DNA of 64,000 nt from a virus (lineage: Duplodnaviria; Caudoviricetes), in the IMG/VR virus record IMGVR_UViG_2974666281_000001, positions 32,001-96,000 of that record, one strand, 5' to 3'. A model generated the notes under the pieces. That model made no database searches. It was not told where the DNA came from and was given only the letters and a program-made list of their open reading frames with translations. A program made the translations under genes and the position numbers. This document shows positions 27,299 through 35,672 of the stretch, one piece after another; position 1 is the stretch's first letter; every line of letters begins with the position of its first letter.

Positions 27299-27481
27299 TT
27301 ATTTGCCTTGTAATAAACAGCTAATATTACCTACTAAGTCAACTAAAATTTGTCGTTGAACATCTGCTTCGGCTTCACGAGTACGCCATTCATCCATTGA
27401 AATCTCGCAATCACAATTAGCTTCTTCGGCTGCTCTTACTGAGTCTTCAAACTTTTTTAATATATCTAAGAATTCATTCAT
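27299..27481 (-). CDS. hypothetical protein
   Basis: Short coupled ORF between tk and tk.4. Confidence 0.65.
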   Translation of the reverse strand: MNEFLDILKKFEDSVRAAEEANCDCEISMDEWRTREAEADVQRQILVDLVGNISCLLQGK

Positions 27482-27948
27482 AATGCTTCCCAATCAACAA
27501 TAATTATATCAATATTAGGTGTGAACATATTAATCAGAGCTTCGACTTTAGTCCAATCACCACCAGCAATACCACATCCAATACGAGGCATATAAATTTG
27601 AGGAATACAAATCTGATTCTCAGCCCATTTATTCAATTCTATCAAAGAATCGACTAAAGCACCATAACGAAGATCAGGGCCAGGATAAAATTGTGTATAT
27701 AGATTAAAGCAAATATTTTCTTGTTTATTGAATTTAGTGCTCAATGTAGCTCGAGTGAATGTGCCTAATTTATTAGGGTCACCAAGATAAGTGTCAGTTT
27801 TATCGATATCAGCAATAGGTGGGTAGGCCTTAGCCAATTGACCAGCTACTCCGCCACCCATTGTATGGTGACAATTACATCCATGAGCTACGTTTTTACC
27901 TGAAAGAAATAAGGCGACCAAGTCGCCTTTAATATATTTTGTAATCAT
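27478..27948 (-). CDS. tk.4: macrodomain (ADP-ribose binding/hydrolase) protein
   Basis: KGDL...AHGCNCHHTMGGGVA...MPRIGCGIAGGDW. Confidence 0.93.
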   Translation of the reverse strand: MITKYIKGDLVALFLSGKNVAHGCNCHHTMGGGVAGQLAKAYPPIADIDKTDTYLGDPNKLGTFTRATLSTKFNKQENICFNLYTQFYPGPDLRYGALVDSLIELNKWAENQICIPQIYMPRIGCGIAGGDWTKVEALINMFTPNIDIIIVDWEAL

Positions 27949-28304
27949 CTTTTGCTCAATCCACGGTTATAAGCATCTACTAATCTATCGACCATAGAAG
28001 TACATAAGTCTTTATAATTAGCTTGTGCCGGTATACATTCTAAAGTCATCAATCGGTTTTCATAACGACGAATAAGAGTATCATTTTTAAAACGAGATTT
28101 AGAATCTTTTTCACCGTCTTTGTATGAAGCCATCATTTGTAAAGAAAACGTATTAATGCAGTCGATATTAGTAGGAGAACAATAGTCTTTAGCTGTTCTG
28201 GTAACATATTCTAATACCTCAGTCTGTTCTGTCGACTGTTCTGCTGCATGAACTCCCAAACCTAAAATTAACCCAAGAATTAGAACTGTCTGTTTTAGCA
28301 TCAT
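27945..28304 (-). CDS. vs: valyl-tRNA synthetase modifier Vs
   Basis: EYVTRTAKDYCSP..IDC; synteny. Confidence 0.85.
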   Translation of the reverse strand: MMLKQTVLILGLILGLGVHAAEQSTEQTEVLEYVTRTAKDYCSPTNIDCINTFSLQMMASYKDGEKDSKSRFKNDTLIRRYENRLMTLECIPAQANYKDLCTSMVDRLVDAYNRGLSKR

Positions 28305-28849
28305 TCCACCGTTTGATGTAACATCTTATTTGATTTAAGATAGTTAGCTTTGGATAGAACATCTGAAGCATACTTGTTACCAGCTTTTACAGCCCAGCCT
28401 GCATTGTAACTAGATAATGCTTTTCTCATATCGCCTTTATGAATATTAAGCCAATAACTCAATTCAATATAAGCCCATGTCGCAGAATTTTCTCTCTTTT
28501 TAAGCATACGAATTATTTCTTGATCAGACATTTTCCAACCAAGTTGTTTAACCCTATTGCGTAATGTAGGAAGATAATTCTGAAACATTCCATACGCATG
28601 ATGTTCCTTCGACTTACCCATAAGAGTTCCAGCCGAAGATTCTTGCCAAGCCAATCCAGCCATAATATATCCAAGGCCGTTATTATCGTATCGAGCGTTG
28701 TGCTCTTTGAACTTACCCGACTTCTGGAATTGTTCACCAAAAGCATACGCATATTGTAAATTATCGAGTTGTTCATTACTGAAGTTAGGCTCTGACCCAA
28801 TAGCCATAGAACTAAAGACTAATAGGGCTGCTGCTATCACTTTTTTCAT
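28301..28849 (-). CDS. vs.1: Vs.1, secreted lytic transglycosylase-like protein
   Basis: Signal peptide, LAWQESSAG, AYGMFQ, SYNAG. Confidence 0.9.
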   Translation of the reverse strand: MKKVIAAALLVFSSMAIGSEPNFSNEQLDNLQYAYAFGEQFQKSGKFKEHNARYDNNGLGYIMAGLAWQESSAGTLMGKSKEHHAYGMFQNYLPTLRNRVKQLGWKMSDQEIIRMLKKRENSATWAYIELSYWLNIHKGDMRKALSSYNAGWAVKAGNKYASDVLSKANYLKSNKMLHQTVE

Positions 28850-28860
28850 GATTACCTCTG

Positions 28861-29316
28861 TTATAAGTCTATAACTTTTGTGCTAATCTTTCCTTCAAGA
28901 CGTTTATTGTTAACGAATGCCATACGACACATTAACCCGTAGGCTGAGCCGTTACGGTTCTTGTCTACTGTCATACCAAGCCACAAGTTGCGGTCGGTAA
29001 TTTCGAGACGGAGTGGACGATATTCTACTCCTGGAAGAATTTCATCTTCTACATCTGGAAGCGGAGTCAATTTTAAGAACTCGACAACTTCTTCCACATG
29101 TTGATGTAGTTTATGGAACAGGCGGAACACGTAAGTTTCATCGATTTCACGTTGGATAGCACGGTCCAAAAGATGAGACGAATACTTAATGTGGAAAGCC
29201 TGTACATCTGCCGCTTTACAAGCTGCTTTGATTTCAGCATTGATTTTATTGAACTCTGTCTCAAAGATACGACGGAGTTTGTTTCTGCGAATGTAAACAT
29301 CTGCGTTAATAGTCAT
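28861..29316 (-). CDS. regB: site-specific endoribonuclease RegB
   Basis: MTINADVYIRRNKLRRIFETEF...YSSHLLDRAIQREIDE. Confidence 0.95.
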   Translation of the reverse strand: MTINADVYIRRNKLRRIFETEFNKINAEIKAACKAADVQAFHIKYSSHLLDRAIQREIDETYVFRLFHKLHQHVEEVVEFLKLTPLPDVEDEILPGVEYRPLRLEITDRNLWLGMTVDKNRNGSAYGLMCRMAFVNNKRLEGKISTKVIDL

Positions 29317-29346
29317 TATTTAATCCTCATTTGTTTGTGTAGGAGT

Positions 29347-29376
29347 ACTATACCACAATCAAATGAGGATGTAAAC
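29347..29376 (-). promoter_or_regulatory. early promoter of regB
   Basis: GTTTACA-N17-TATAGT. Confidence 0.9.
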
Positions 29377-29666
29377 TAGTAAAATTCTTCTGGGCGGAAA
29401 ACAGCTCGACAAGCCCACATGCTTGCTTCTTTCAGACGTTCTTTTGCTGTAGCAACCTGACGATGTCTTTCAGAGTTGTCATCAAAAGCGGCATCGGCTT
29501 CTAGGCTTTCGTCCATTGCATGGATAATAGACCATTCGTTGACGAGATTAGTTTCAAGTTCAGTGAACAGTTTACCAAGCTCGGCTTCAAGAGATTTGAT
29601 GCGATTTACAGTTTCGATCTTGTCATCTGTATGTGGGCGATAGCCTTTGATATCTTCAATCGGCAT
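29376..29666 (-). CDS. acb2: anti-CBASS cyclic-oligonucleotide sponge Acb2 (T4 Vs.4)
   Basis: IEDIKGYRPHT...NRIK..E...AKERLKEASMWACRAVFRPEE. Confidence 0.93.
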   Translation of the reverse strand: MPIEDIKGYRPHTDDKIETVNRIKSLEAELGKLFTELETNLVNEWSIIHAMDESLEADAAFDDNSERHRQVATAKERLKEASMWACRAVFRPEEFY

Positions 29667-29898
29667 AAGGGATTTCCTCGTCAGTTTCACTATTGTATTC
29701 GACTAATCGAATAGGTTCTGTGATGCCGTAACCTTCAGTACCGAGATAGCTTTTAACAGGACCATAAGTCATTTTGACAGGGTCCCAAGACGATACGTCA
29801 GCCCAACATTCCATTAGGCCTTGTTCACCTGAATTGCTGAACCAATCGCAAAATGCTTGAATAGCTTTTTCACTACCTTTGATTATAACTTGAGCCAT
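29656..29898 (-). CDS. vs.3: Vs.3-like protein
   Basis: FCDWFSNSGEQ...SYLGTEGYGITEPIRLVEY. Confidence 0.75.
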   Translation of the reverse strand: MAQVIIKGSEKAIQAFCDWFSNSGEQGLMECWADVSSWDPVKMTYGPVKSYLGTEGYGITEPIRLVEYNSETDEEIPYAD

Positions 29899-30139
29899 AA
29901 TAGCCACCTTTATGTACATAACGAATAGAAATATCTAGCTTAATAGGGTCTTTAAACATCTGAACAGCACGTACTAGTTTACGATCGTAACAAATCAAGC
30001 TACGAGATACCAGGCCGTAAAAAGGCCCAGCAACAAAAGTAATTTGGATGTCAGGTTTTGAATTAAGCTCTTCTAGAGTTGCTTCAGTTTCAATAACAGA
30101 CTTTTGGAATGGGCCGTTCATAATCATATATCTCATCAT
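29873..30139 (-). CDS. Vs.7-like protein
   Basis: FVAGPFYGLVSRSLICYD; directly downstream of vs.8. Confidence 0.65.
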   Translation of the reverse strand: MMRYMIMNGPFQKSVIETEATLEELNSKPDIQITFVAGPFYGLVSRSLICYDRKLVRAVQMFKDPIKLDISIRYVHKGGYYGSSYNQR

Positions 30140-30669
30140 TGTAATCCTATCACGAAGAAAAGTGGAAGCTCGTTAGTTGTACGCAACACAGCAGTGCTAA
30201 CTTCTTTTTGGTAAGTGGAGTAGAACTTGTGCATCTCTGGCAGACGAATAGGTTCATCTATAATAAAGAGAACACGAGACAATGAGATTCCACGGAAACT
30301 ATTGCAATTTCCACTTAAGAAGTTACGTATCGAGACTGTAATAATATCACGTTTTAATTCATGAGCAGAATAGCGATGACGTTTTTGATTCAGGTGTTCT
30401 TCAATGATTCGCTTCTTAGTGATTTCAGCAAAACTAGATGTATCTGAAATGACTACAACAGAGTTACCACGTTCCAGCCATTCTGAAGTGAATTGAGCTA
30501 CAGCCTCAGTTTTACCTGATTGACGTCCACCATCGATACGAAGAGTACAATATTCTTGCATCAGCGAGATAGGATAAAGCTTTTGGTCTTTAAGTTCTTC
30601 TAAACGATTGTCTGCACGGGTTGAGAACGCATGCATCAAGGTTAGATAGATGGGAGTTAGATATTTCAT
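30136..30669 (-). CDS. vs.8: Vs.8, small P-loop NTPase (terminase-ATPase-like motifs)
   Basis: YCTLRIDGGRQSGKT (Walker A), LFIIDEP (Walker B), FFVIGLQ. Confidence 0.88.
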   Translation of the reverse strand: MKYLTPIYLTLMHAFSTRADNRLEELKDQKLYPISLMQEYCTLRIDGGRQSGKTEAVAQFTSEWLERGNSVVVISDTSSFAEITKKRIIEEHLNQKRHRYSAHELKRDIITVSIRNFLSGNCNSFRGISLSRVLFIIDEPIRLPEMHKFYSTYQKEVSTAVLRTTNELPLFFVIGLQ

Positions 30670-30671
30670 TT

Positions 30672-30884
30672 TGTTTACTCAGTCTAAGAATGGCAGCATC
30701 CTTGCTGTCTAGTGGCATCCTGCGATATGCCTCAGAGGGCTACAGCCACCACTGTTGGTGGGACCCTGATTGTAACTGGCTTTACCGCGCTTGGGCTTGA
30801 CCTTTTTACAGGTACCAGAAGCCACTTCACACAGAGGACACGACGTTCATGAGGAGAGGTTCAGGTTAGCTTTTTGTTTGAAGA
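30672..30884 (-). ncRNA. candidate structured leader RNA upstream of vs.8
   Basis: ~210-nt GC-richer gap with at least five helices and a possible pseudoknot; see findings. Confidence 0.6.
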
Positions 30885-31301
30885 TTAGTTGTAAATAGCC
30901 TTACCGTAATGTTTGTACCATAAAGGCTTTTGAGCAATTTTTTCATCAAGACGTGCCTGAGATAACATGATGTCATCTAAAGACGGACAGTAATGATTAC
31001 GAAATTCCTTAGGAATGTCACTGATATCCTGAACAGTAACATCCTTGATATTGAACCCACGTTTCAGACATTCAGCAATCAACTGAGTTTGACGATCAAC
31101 TAAGTAGTCAAGTTTGTCATAGAAGAACGTGACATGGCCAGTGCCTAACAAGAACTTAGAAGCAATTTTAAAATCCTTGAGACGTTTGCCATTTTGAACA
31201 TGCTTACGAACAGCACCAAATACACGAGGGAGTTCACGATACTCAGCCATGAGATGTTGGTCAGCAAGTTCAGAAACGAGAGTTAAGTTAATACGTGTCA
31301 T
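30885..31301 (-). CDS. denV: endonuclease V, pyrimidine-dimer DNA glycosylase
   Basis: [28 protein letters not shown]...[10 protein letters not shown]. Confidence 0.98.
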   Translation of the reverse strand: MTRINLTLVSELADQHLMAEYRELPRVFGAVRKHVQNGKRLKDFKIASKFLLGTGHVTFFYDKLDYLVDRQTQLIAECLKRGFNIKDVTVQDISDIPKEFRNHYCPSLDDIMLSQARLDEKIAQKPLWYKHYGKAIYN

Positions 31302-31326
31302 GATGTCCTCCAAAGTTTAGGAAGAC

Positions 31327-31356
31327 ATCATACCACAGTACTATCTTGTTGTAAAC
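31327..31356 (-). promoter_or_regulatory. early promoter of denV
   Basis: GTTTACA-N17-TATGAT. Confidence 0.88.
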
Positions 31357-31643
31357 TACTTTTTAGAGTAGTCAGCCATTAGTTTGACTACGTCACCTAA
31401 TTTCTTACCAAACAGATAATCTACTTCTTTACCTGCTTTGTTAACAATCTGCCATTGACCATCGCCTTTGTTGCCAAAAGTATAGTCACCAACTTTAAAC
31501 GAGTAGCCACCTACTTTTTTAACAGGAGTCACTTCAAAACCAAGTTTTTTAGCTTGGAAAGTTACACGACGCAGGGTGTCGTCCATTTCGCTTTCAGTCA
31601 AAGGCTGAGTATAAGTTTGAAGATAAGATTCAAGTAAAGTCAT
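31356..31643 (-). CDS. putative internal head protein (ipII/ipIII map position)
   Basis: Between denV and e; N-terminal LLE/LTE protease-type sites; Lys-rich. Confidence 0.55.
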   Translation of the reverse strand: MTLLESYLQTYTQPLTESEMDDTLRRVTFQAKKLGFEVTPVKKVGGYSFKVGDYTFGNKGDGQWQIVNKAGKEVDYLFGKKLGDVVKLMADYSKK

Positions 31644-32128
31644 TAGTATGCACCCCAAGTGCCAGTTTTAAAAGTAGAAATAACGCGCTTTGCACGGTTC
31701 GTAGTCTGATTATACCATCGGGATTTAGCTAAGTTAACTGCTGCTTCGTCCCAACGTTTTTCTTTAAGCATACGCATTGAATTAGTGAATCCTGCGACGC
31801 CTGCTACACCCATCTGGAACACCATATTAATCAGTGCTGCTCGACGGATTTCGTCAAGAGAATCGTACACAGGCTTCAGAACGCTGTTGCCTTGAATACC
31901 TTTAACAGCTTTCTCAACATCTTTAGCAAAGATACTTTCAGCTTCATCTTGAGTAATCTGTCCATTACAAGAACGACCAACAAGTTTGTCGAGTTCTGCT
32001 TTAGCTACTGACAGAGAAGGGTTTTTGGTCAAAAGATGACCGATTCCGATAGTCCAATAACCTTCGGTATCTTTATAAATTTTAGAATCGTATCCTTCGT
32101 CGATACGAAGCATTCCAAATATATCCAT
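31643..32128 (-). CDS. e: T4-type lysozyme (endolysin)
   Basis: MLRIDEG...[16 protein letters not shown]...[10 protein letters not shown]. Confidence 0.99.
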   Translation of the reverse strand: MDIFGMLRIDEGYDSKIYKDTEGYWTIGIGHLLTKNPSLSVAKAELDKLVGRSCNGQITQDEAESIFAKDVEKAVKGIQGNSVLKPVYDSLDEIRRAALINMVFQMGVAGVAGFTNSMRMLKEKRWDEAAVNLAKSRWYNQTTNRAKRVISTFKTGTWGAY

Positions 32129-32132
32129 AGAA

Positions 32133-32163
32133 ACTCCTATACGTTAATATAGGAGTATTTATT
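32133..32163 (-). promoter_or_regulatory. late promoter and RBS-sequestering hairpin of gene e
   Basis: AATAAATA then ACTCCTATA/TATAGGAGT stem covering the SD, as in T4 gene e. Confidence 0.88.
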
Positions 32164-32635
32164 ATTCGGGATATACCATAACAGAAGGCTTGCGAGTCAC
32201 TTTTTGTATTACACTGAACAAAGATGGACCCATTACGTATACCCATTGTGTTTGTTTGATTAAAGCAAATGCATCAATCTCAGGGAAACTAGTTCCGTCT
32301 TCGTCAGTATGGTATGCAGTACAAACGCAATCCTTGAACTGCTCGTGGCGCACTGGGAACGGATAATAGAACAGATGTATGTCTTTGTTGCTAGAGTAGT
32401 CGTGTCTTCCTAGGTCTACCAGGGACGCAGGATTATAATCGGTGAAACCTGTTTCTTCAGTACATTCACGGACAGCAGCTTGAAGAGGGGTTTCGCCTTC
32501 TTCTATATGGCCTTTAGGAATGTCCCAACGATAAGGGAAGCCTGGTTTTCCTGAACCTGTTACACGTCCCATAAATAGTTCTTGGTCTTCAGTGAAGAAC
32601 AGAATACCTGCACTTAGTTCTTTTGTCTTACTCAT
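32162..32635 (-). CDS. nudE: Nudix hydrolase NudE
   Basis: WDIPKGHIEEGETPLQAAVRECTEETGF Nudix box; start trimmed to MSKTKELSAG. Confidence 0.95.
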   Translation of the reverse strand: MSKTKELSAGILFFTEDQELFMGRVTGSGKPGFPYRWDIPKGHIEEGETPLQAAVRECTEETGFTDYNPASLVDLGRHDYSSNKDIHLFYYPFPVRHEQFKDCVCTAYHTDEDGTSFPEIDAFALIKQTQWVYVMGPSLFSVIQKVTRKPSVMVYPE

Positions 32636-32864
32636 CTCTAGATTCCCAAGACTCTGAATGAAGGTCTTCCATGATATCATCAATTTGAGATTCACGATCT
32701 TCTTCTGCATTAGCAGAACCTTCAACTTTCCAATCACAGATAGGACCGTTGTACATCACGGTATCAACAATATCTTTACGCACTTCTTCTAAAGACCAAG
32801 AATCTTCAAAGCACATCAGATAACTATCAGAGTTTTCCATTTTAACATGAACTGCTACAGCCAT
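32628..32864 (-). CDS. acidic hypothetical protein
   Basis: MAVAVHVKMENSDSYL; RBS GAGGT. Confidence 0.75.
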   Translation of the reverse strand: MAVAVHVKMENSDSYLMCFEDSWSLEEVRKDIVDTVMYNGPICDWKVEGSANAEEDRESQIDDIMEDLHSESWESRDE

Positions 32865-32874
32865 TTATTACCTC

Positions 32875-33204
32875 TTACGAGCGAATACCTCGAATAAAAT
32901 CTAGAGCTTCATCTTTTTTAGAGATGACTTTTTCCTTTACTGGTTCTTTATCAAACGTTCCACGTTGATACTGGCTAACAAACATAAGCCATCTTGATAT
33001 AATAAACACTGGGCTTGTTATTGCGGCAGAGATAGCTAAGAACATCAGAGCTCCGCCATAAATTGGACTAAAGAAGAACAAAGTGAAATAAGTGCCAAAT
33101 CCTAAAATTGCTGAGCTCGCTGCAATAACACCGATCAGCAAGAAAATCCAGCCTTCTTCATTGTAAGAAGACTTCTTATACCCACGGTAAATAGTCTTAA
33201 TCAT
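32875..33204 (-). CDS. two-TM membrane protein, e.2-e.4 family
   Basis: Two TM segments; tail DFIRGIRS. Confidence 0.8.
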   Translation of the reverse strand: MIKTIYRGYKKSSYNEEGWIFLLIGVIAASSAILGFGTYFTLFFFSPIYGGALMFLAISAAITSPVFIISRWLMFVSQYQRGTFDKEPVKEKVISKKDEALDFIRGIRS

Positions 33205-33740
33205 TTTCTACATCCTTTAATGAAGTCTGAGATGCTTTTCTGATGTTGATATTTCTTTTCTTTATGCTTCACAAAAGGAGCTTTGACGGCGTACCAAAGA
33301 CAGCCATCCAACCAAGTCGTAAAAATAGAAGCTATCAGACAAGTAAAGTTAATTAAAAGACCACCAAAAATAACTTCAAAAAGATTGCCTTTATCAGAAG
33401 CCAAATACAACCAATAGTTAGCTTGGAAAACCATACCTAAAGTGATAAAACCTACTACTCTATCAATTTTATTTTCTTTAGGCTTTTCAGTTCTTGGCTG
33501 ATAGCCGTTCACAATATAACCCATAGTATTTTCCTCATAAATGAACCCGTGTTCTTCAGCCAATTCCATTTCAGCCTGTTTTCTGCGAAGTTTAGCTTCT
33601 ATTTCAGCTTCAGTCGCAGAACGAACACTAACAAAGCCATATTTTTCTTCGAAGTGTCGAGTTTTTTCACAGCTTGTACAATCACAGTCGTCACTATAAC
33701 CAGGGCGACTTGGGTAGATGTCATGATACTGGACAACCAT
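33201..33740 (-). CDS. two-TM membrane protein, e.2-e.4 family, with fused N-terminal Cys domain (second start at 33524)
   Basis: CDCTSC near N-terminus; internal RBS GAGGAAAATACTATG; tail DFIKGCRK. Confidence 0.75.
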   Translation of the reverse strand: MVVQYHDIYPSRPGYSDDCDCTSCEKTRHFEEKYGFVSVRSATEAEIEAKLRRKQAEMELAEEHGFIYEENTMGYIVNGYQPRTEKPKENKIDRVVGFITLGMVFQANYWLYLASDKGNLFEVIFGGLLINFTCLIASIFTTWLDGCLWYAVKAPFVKHKEKKYQHQKSISDFIKGCRK

Positions 33741-34672
33741 TATTCACCTCGTACAAAAGGCTTAACTAGGTGTTGGTTCTTTTTAAAGCGGTTAATATAA
33801 TCGTTTACGCCAAGCTTTTTATACATCGCTACAACGGTGTGATAGTTTTCCCAGGCATATTCACGGAACCAACCTGAAGTGATTGATGTACACACTTTTT
33901 CAAGTGCAATCATGAAACTATGTTCGGAAGAAACGTTTTTAAAGTCGTTAGGAATCTGAGAACGTTCCAGAGCAAGTACACATGTTTCTTCGTATACACC
34001 AGCGAGCTTAATTTCTTCAGGTAAAGCAAAGAACTTCTCTTTAGAAGTCATTACTTGGCTACCGTCTTTCATGTAGAAAGTATAAGCAGGGCGACCAGTC
34101 AGAGCTACAGCTTCATGAATAGTATCATGGTCATATGTATAGATGTCGTCTTTAAAGAACTTGTCTTTAGACGTATCTAACACAGGATGAGAATAGCTCA
34201 ATGTCTCTTTTTCGCGTTGTTTCATAATCAACTCAAGACGTGAGTCCAGAGTTGCGCCCTTGTTGCGCAGGAAGCGGATGTGTTGCATTGTTTTACGGAA
34301 GAATAGATTATTCTTCTTGAAACGATGTGACATCTTAATCGCCAGACAGATGGCAGGTGAAGCCCAATAGAACCCGGTAAGATTGTCTTTCTTCAAAGAG
34401 TACTCAGCATAATTCAAAAGCATTGCATTCGAATTAGTATTATATCCTTCAGGCACAAGGTATGCTTCAAAATAAGTCTCGCGACCATTATGCATACATT
34501 TGAAAGCACTCACATCAGGAGTTTTGACTTCAACTTCTAAGCCACCCATACGGGACTTGAACTCATCCCAAGAACATTCATCAGCAATGAAGTCCCAGTC
34601 CGAATTTTTAATGTCACGTGATTCGATTAACCCAGCATTGTGGAGGGCTCGTGAACCAATAACTAACATCAT
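33740..34672 (-). CDS. putative nucleotidyltransferase (Pol-beta-like motif)
   Basis: LVIGSRAL...SDWDFI (GS...DxD), IKMSH, YDHDTIHE, EETCVLALER, CTSITSGWFR. Confidence 0.7.
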   Translation of the reverse strand: MMLVIGSRALHNAGLIESRDIKNSDWDFIADECSWDEFKSRMGGLEVEVKTPDVSAFKCMHNGRETYFEAYLVPEGYNTNSNAMLLNYAEYSLKKDNLTGFYWASPAICLAIKMSHRFKKNNLFFRKTMQHIRFLRNKGATLDSRLELIMKQREKETLSYSHPVLDTSKDKFFKDDIYTYDHDTIHEAVALTGRPAYTFYMKDGSQVMTSKEKFFALPEEIKLAGVYEETCVLALERSQIPNDFKNVSSEHSFMIALEKVCTSITSGWFREYAWENYHTVVAMYKKLGVNDYINRFKKNQHLVKPFVRGE

Positions 34673-34706
34673 AATATTTTCCTCATTAGGTTATCCCATT
34701 AGGGTC

Positions 34707-34736
34707 ACTATAACATGACCCTAGGTAGTTGTAAAC
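34707..34736 (-). promoter_or_regulatory. early promoter with stem-loop
   Basis: GTTTACA-N17-TATAGT; inverted repeat TAGGGTCA/TGACCCTA. Confidence 0.9.
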
Positions 34737-34738
34737 AC

Positions 34739-34963
34739 TTAGCAGGAAGATGGTTGCCAAATACTTCCATCGGCTTCTACATTGAATTCACGCCCAGCTT
34801 CTTCGCCGTAGCAAGAACTGTTCAGCCAGTCATCGAAACGCATAGAGCCGTCTGACGTATCGAATTCAAAACCAAAATTATCTTCAGAAGCCAGCTTACT
34901 TACTTTGTTGAACAGAAGAGCGAGTTCTTTAGCAGCCTGTTCTAGTTCGTTATGTTGAGACAT
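34739..34963 (-). CDS. small acidic protein with two WxxSSC motifs
   Basis: Start MSQHNELE with RBS AAGGA; WLNSSC and terminal WQPSSC. Confidence 0.8.
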   Translation of the reverse strand: MSQHNELEQAAKELALLFNKVSKLASEDNFGFEFDTSDGSMRFDDWLNSSCYGEEAGREFNVEADGSIWQPSSC

Positions 34964-35004
34964 TGTATTTCCTTCAGTTACAGTGTTGTTATGTGGGTAA
35001 GCCA

Positions 35005-35298
35005 TTAGCAAGTTTCGCTTGAAGAGACCCAATGGCCACTCAGTGATTTGCCTTCTTCGTCAAATCCATCATTGTAGCTGTAAATGTAGCTAAGCTCATT
35101 TTTTGGAGTACCTTTAGGGTTATATGTACGACCACTACCATAATCGCCCACGCTGAATTCTACACCAAATGCATCAGCAATACTAGTTGCTTCAACATCA
35201 ATAAGACGTTCACCTTCAGAAATCAGAGCTTGAATTGCAGCCGAAGCTTCTTTAGCATTAGTAATTTTGGTATTAGTTACTGGATTTACAAGTTTCAT
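35005..35298 (-). CDS. small acidic protein ending WVSSSETC
   Basis: 97 aa, TAATG-coupled. Confidence 0.8.
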   Translation of the reverse strand: MKLVNPVTNTKITNAKEASAAIQALISEGERLIDVEATSIADAFGVEFSVGDYGSGRTYNPKGTPKNELSYIYSYNDGFDEEGKSLSGHWVSSSETC

Positions 35299-35672
35299 TA
35301 TCTACACTCTTTAATAAAATATTCAATTTCAAGACGAGTCTTTTTATTGATTTCGGCTTGTTCGTTGTCTTTTATAGCCTGACGTTTGGCTTTGTTTCTT
35401 CTTCGTGCTGGCATGAAATATACCAATCCAACTAAATGAGGACCAATATAAGTCAAAAGCATGCCTGCAGGCATAGCGCCAAAAACAATAGGAAGAACAG
35501 TTTTATCAGATAGTTGACCACCAAAAAACATAACATCTATAATGACCATGATGAGCGCAAAGCTCATCATCAAACCTAATCCAATCATCATAGAAAGAAT
35601 AAATTTTAAACCACCATCTTGTTCTGTGTTGAATTTAGTTTTCTCAAAGTCCCAAGAGCGATATCTAGCCAT
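35298..35672 (-). CDS. two-TM membrane protein, e.2-e.4 family
   Basis: Two TM segments; tail EYFIKECR. Confidence 0.8.
   Translation of the reverse strand: MARYRSWDFEKTKFNTEQDGGLKFILSMMIGLGLMMSFALIMVIIDVMFFGGQLSDKTVLPIVFGAMPAGMLLTYIGPHLVGLVYFMPARRRNKAKRQAIKDNEQAEINKKTRLEIEYFIKECR

Noticed and set aside
29656-30139. Expected vs.6 (GrcA glycyl-radical spare part)
   Set aside because: No RVSGY-type motif in this interval; simple absence of low interest
30765-30860. Resemblance of AAGCCCAAGCG to pistol/twister cores and of TCCTCAT to an HDV-like L3 loop
   Set aside because: Required pairing partners could not be found; kept only as an unclassified structured RNA
10831-32163. RBS-masking hairpins at genes 49 and e as novel regulation
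   Set aside because: Established T4 mechanism; listed as features only
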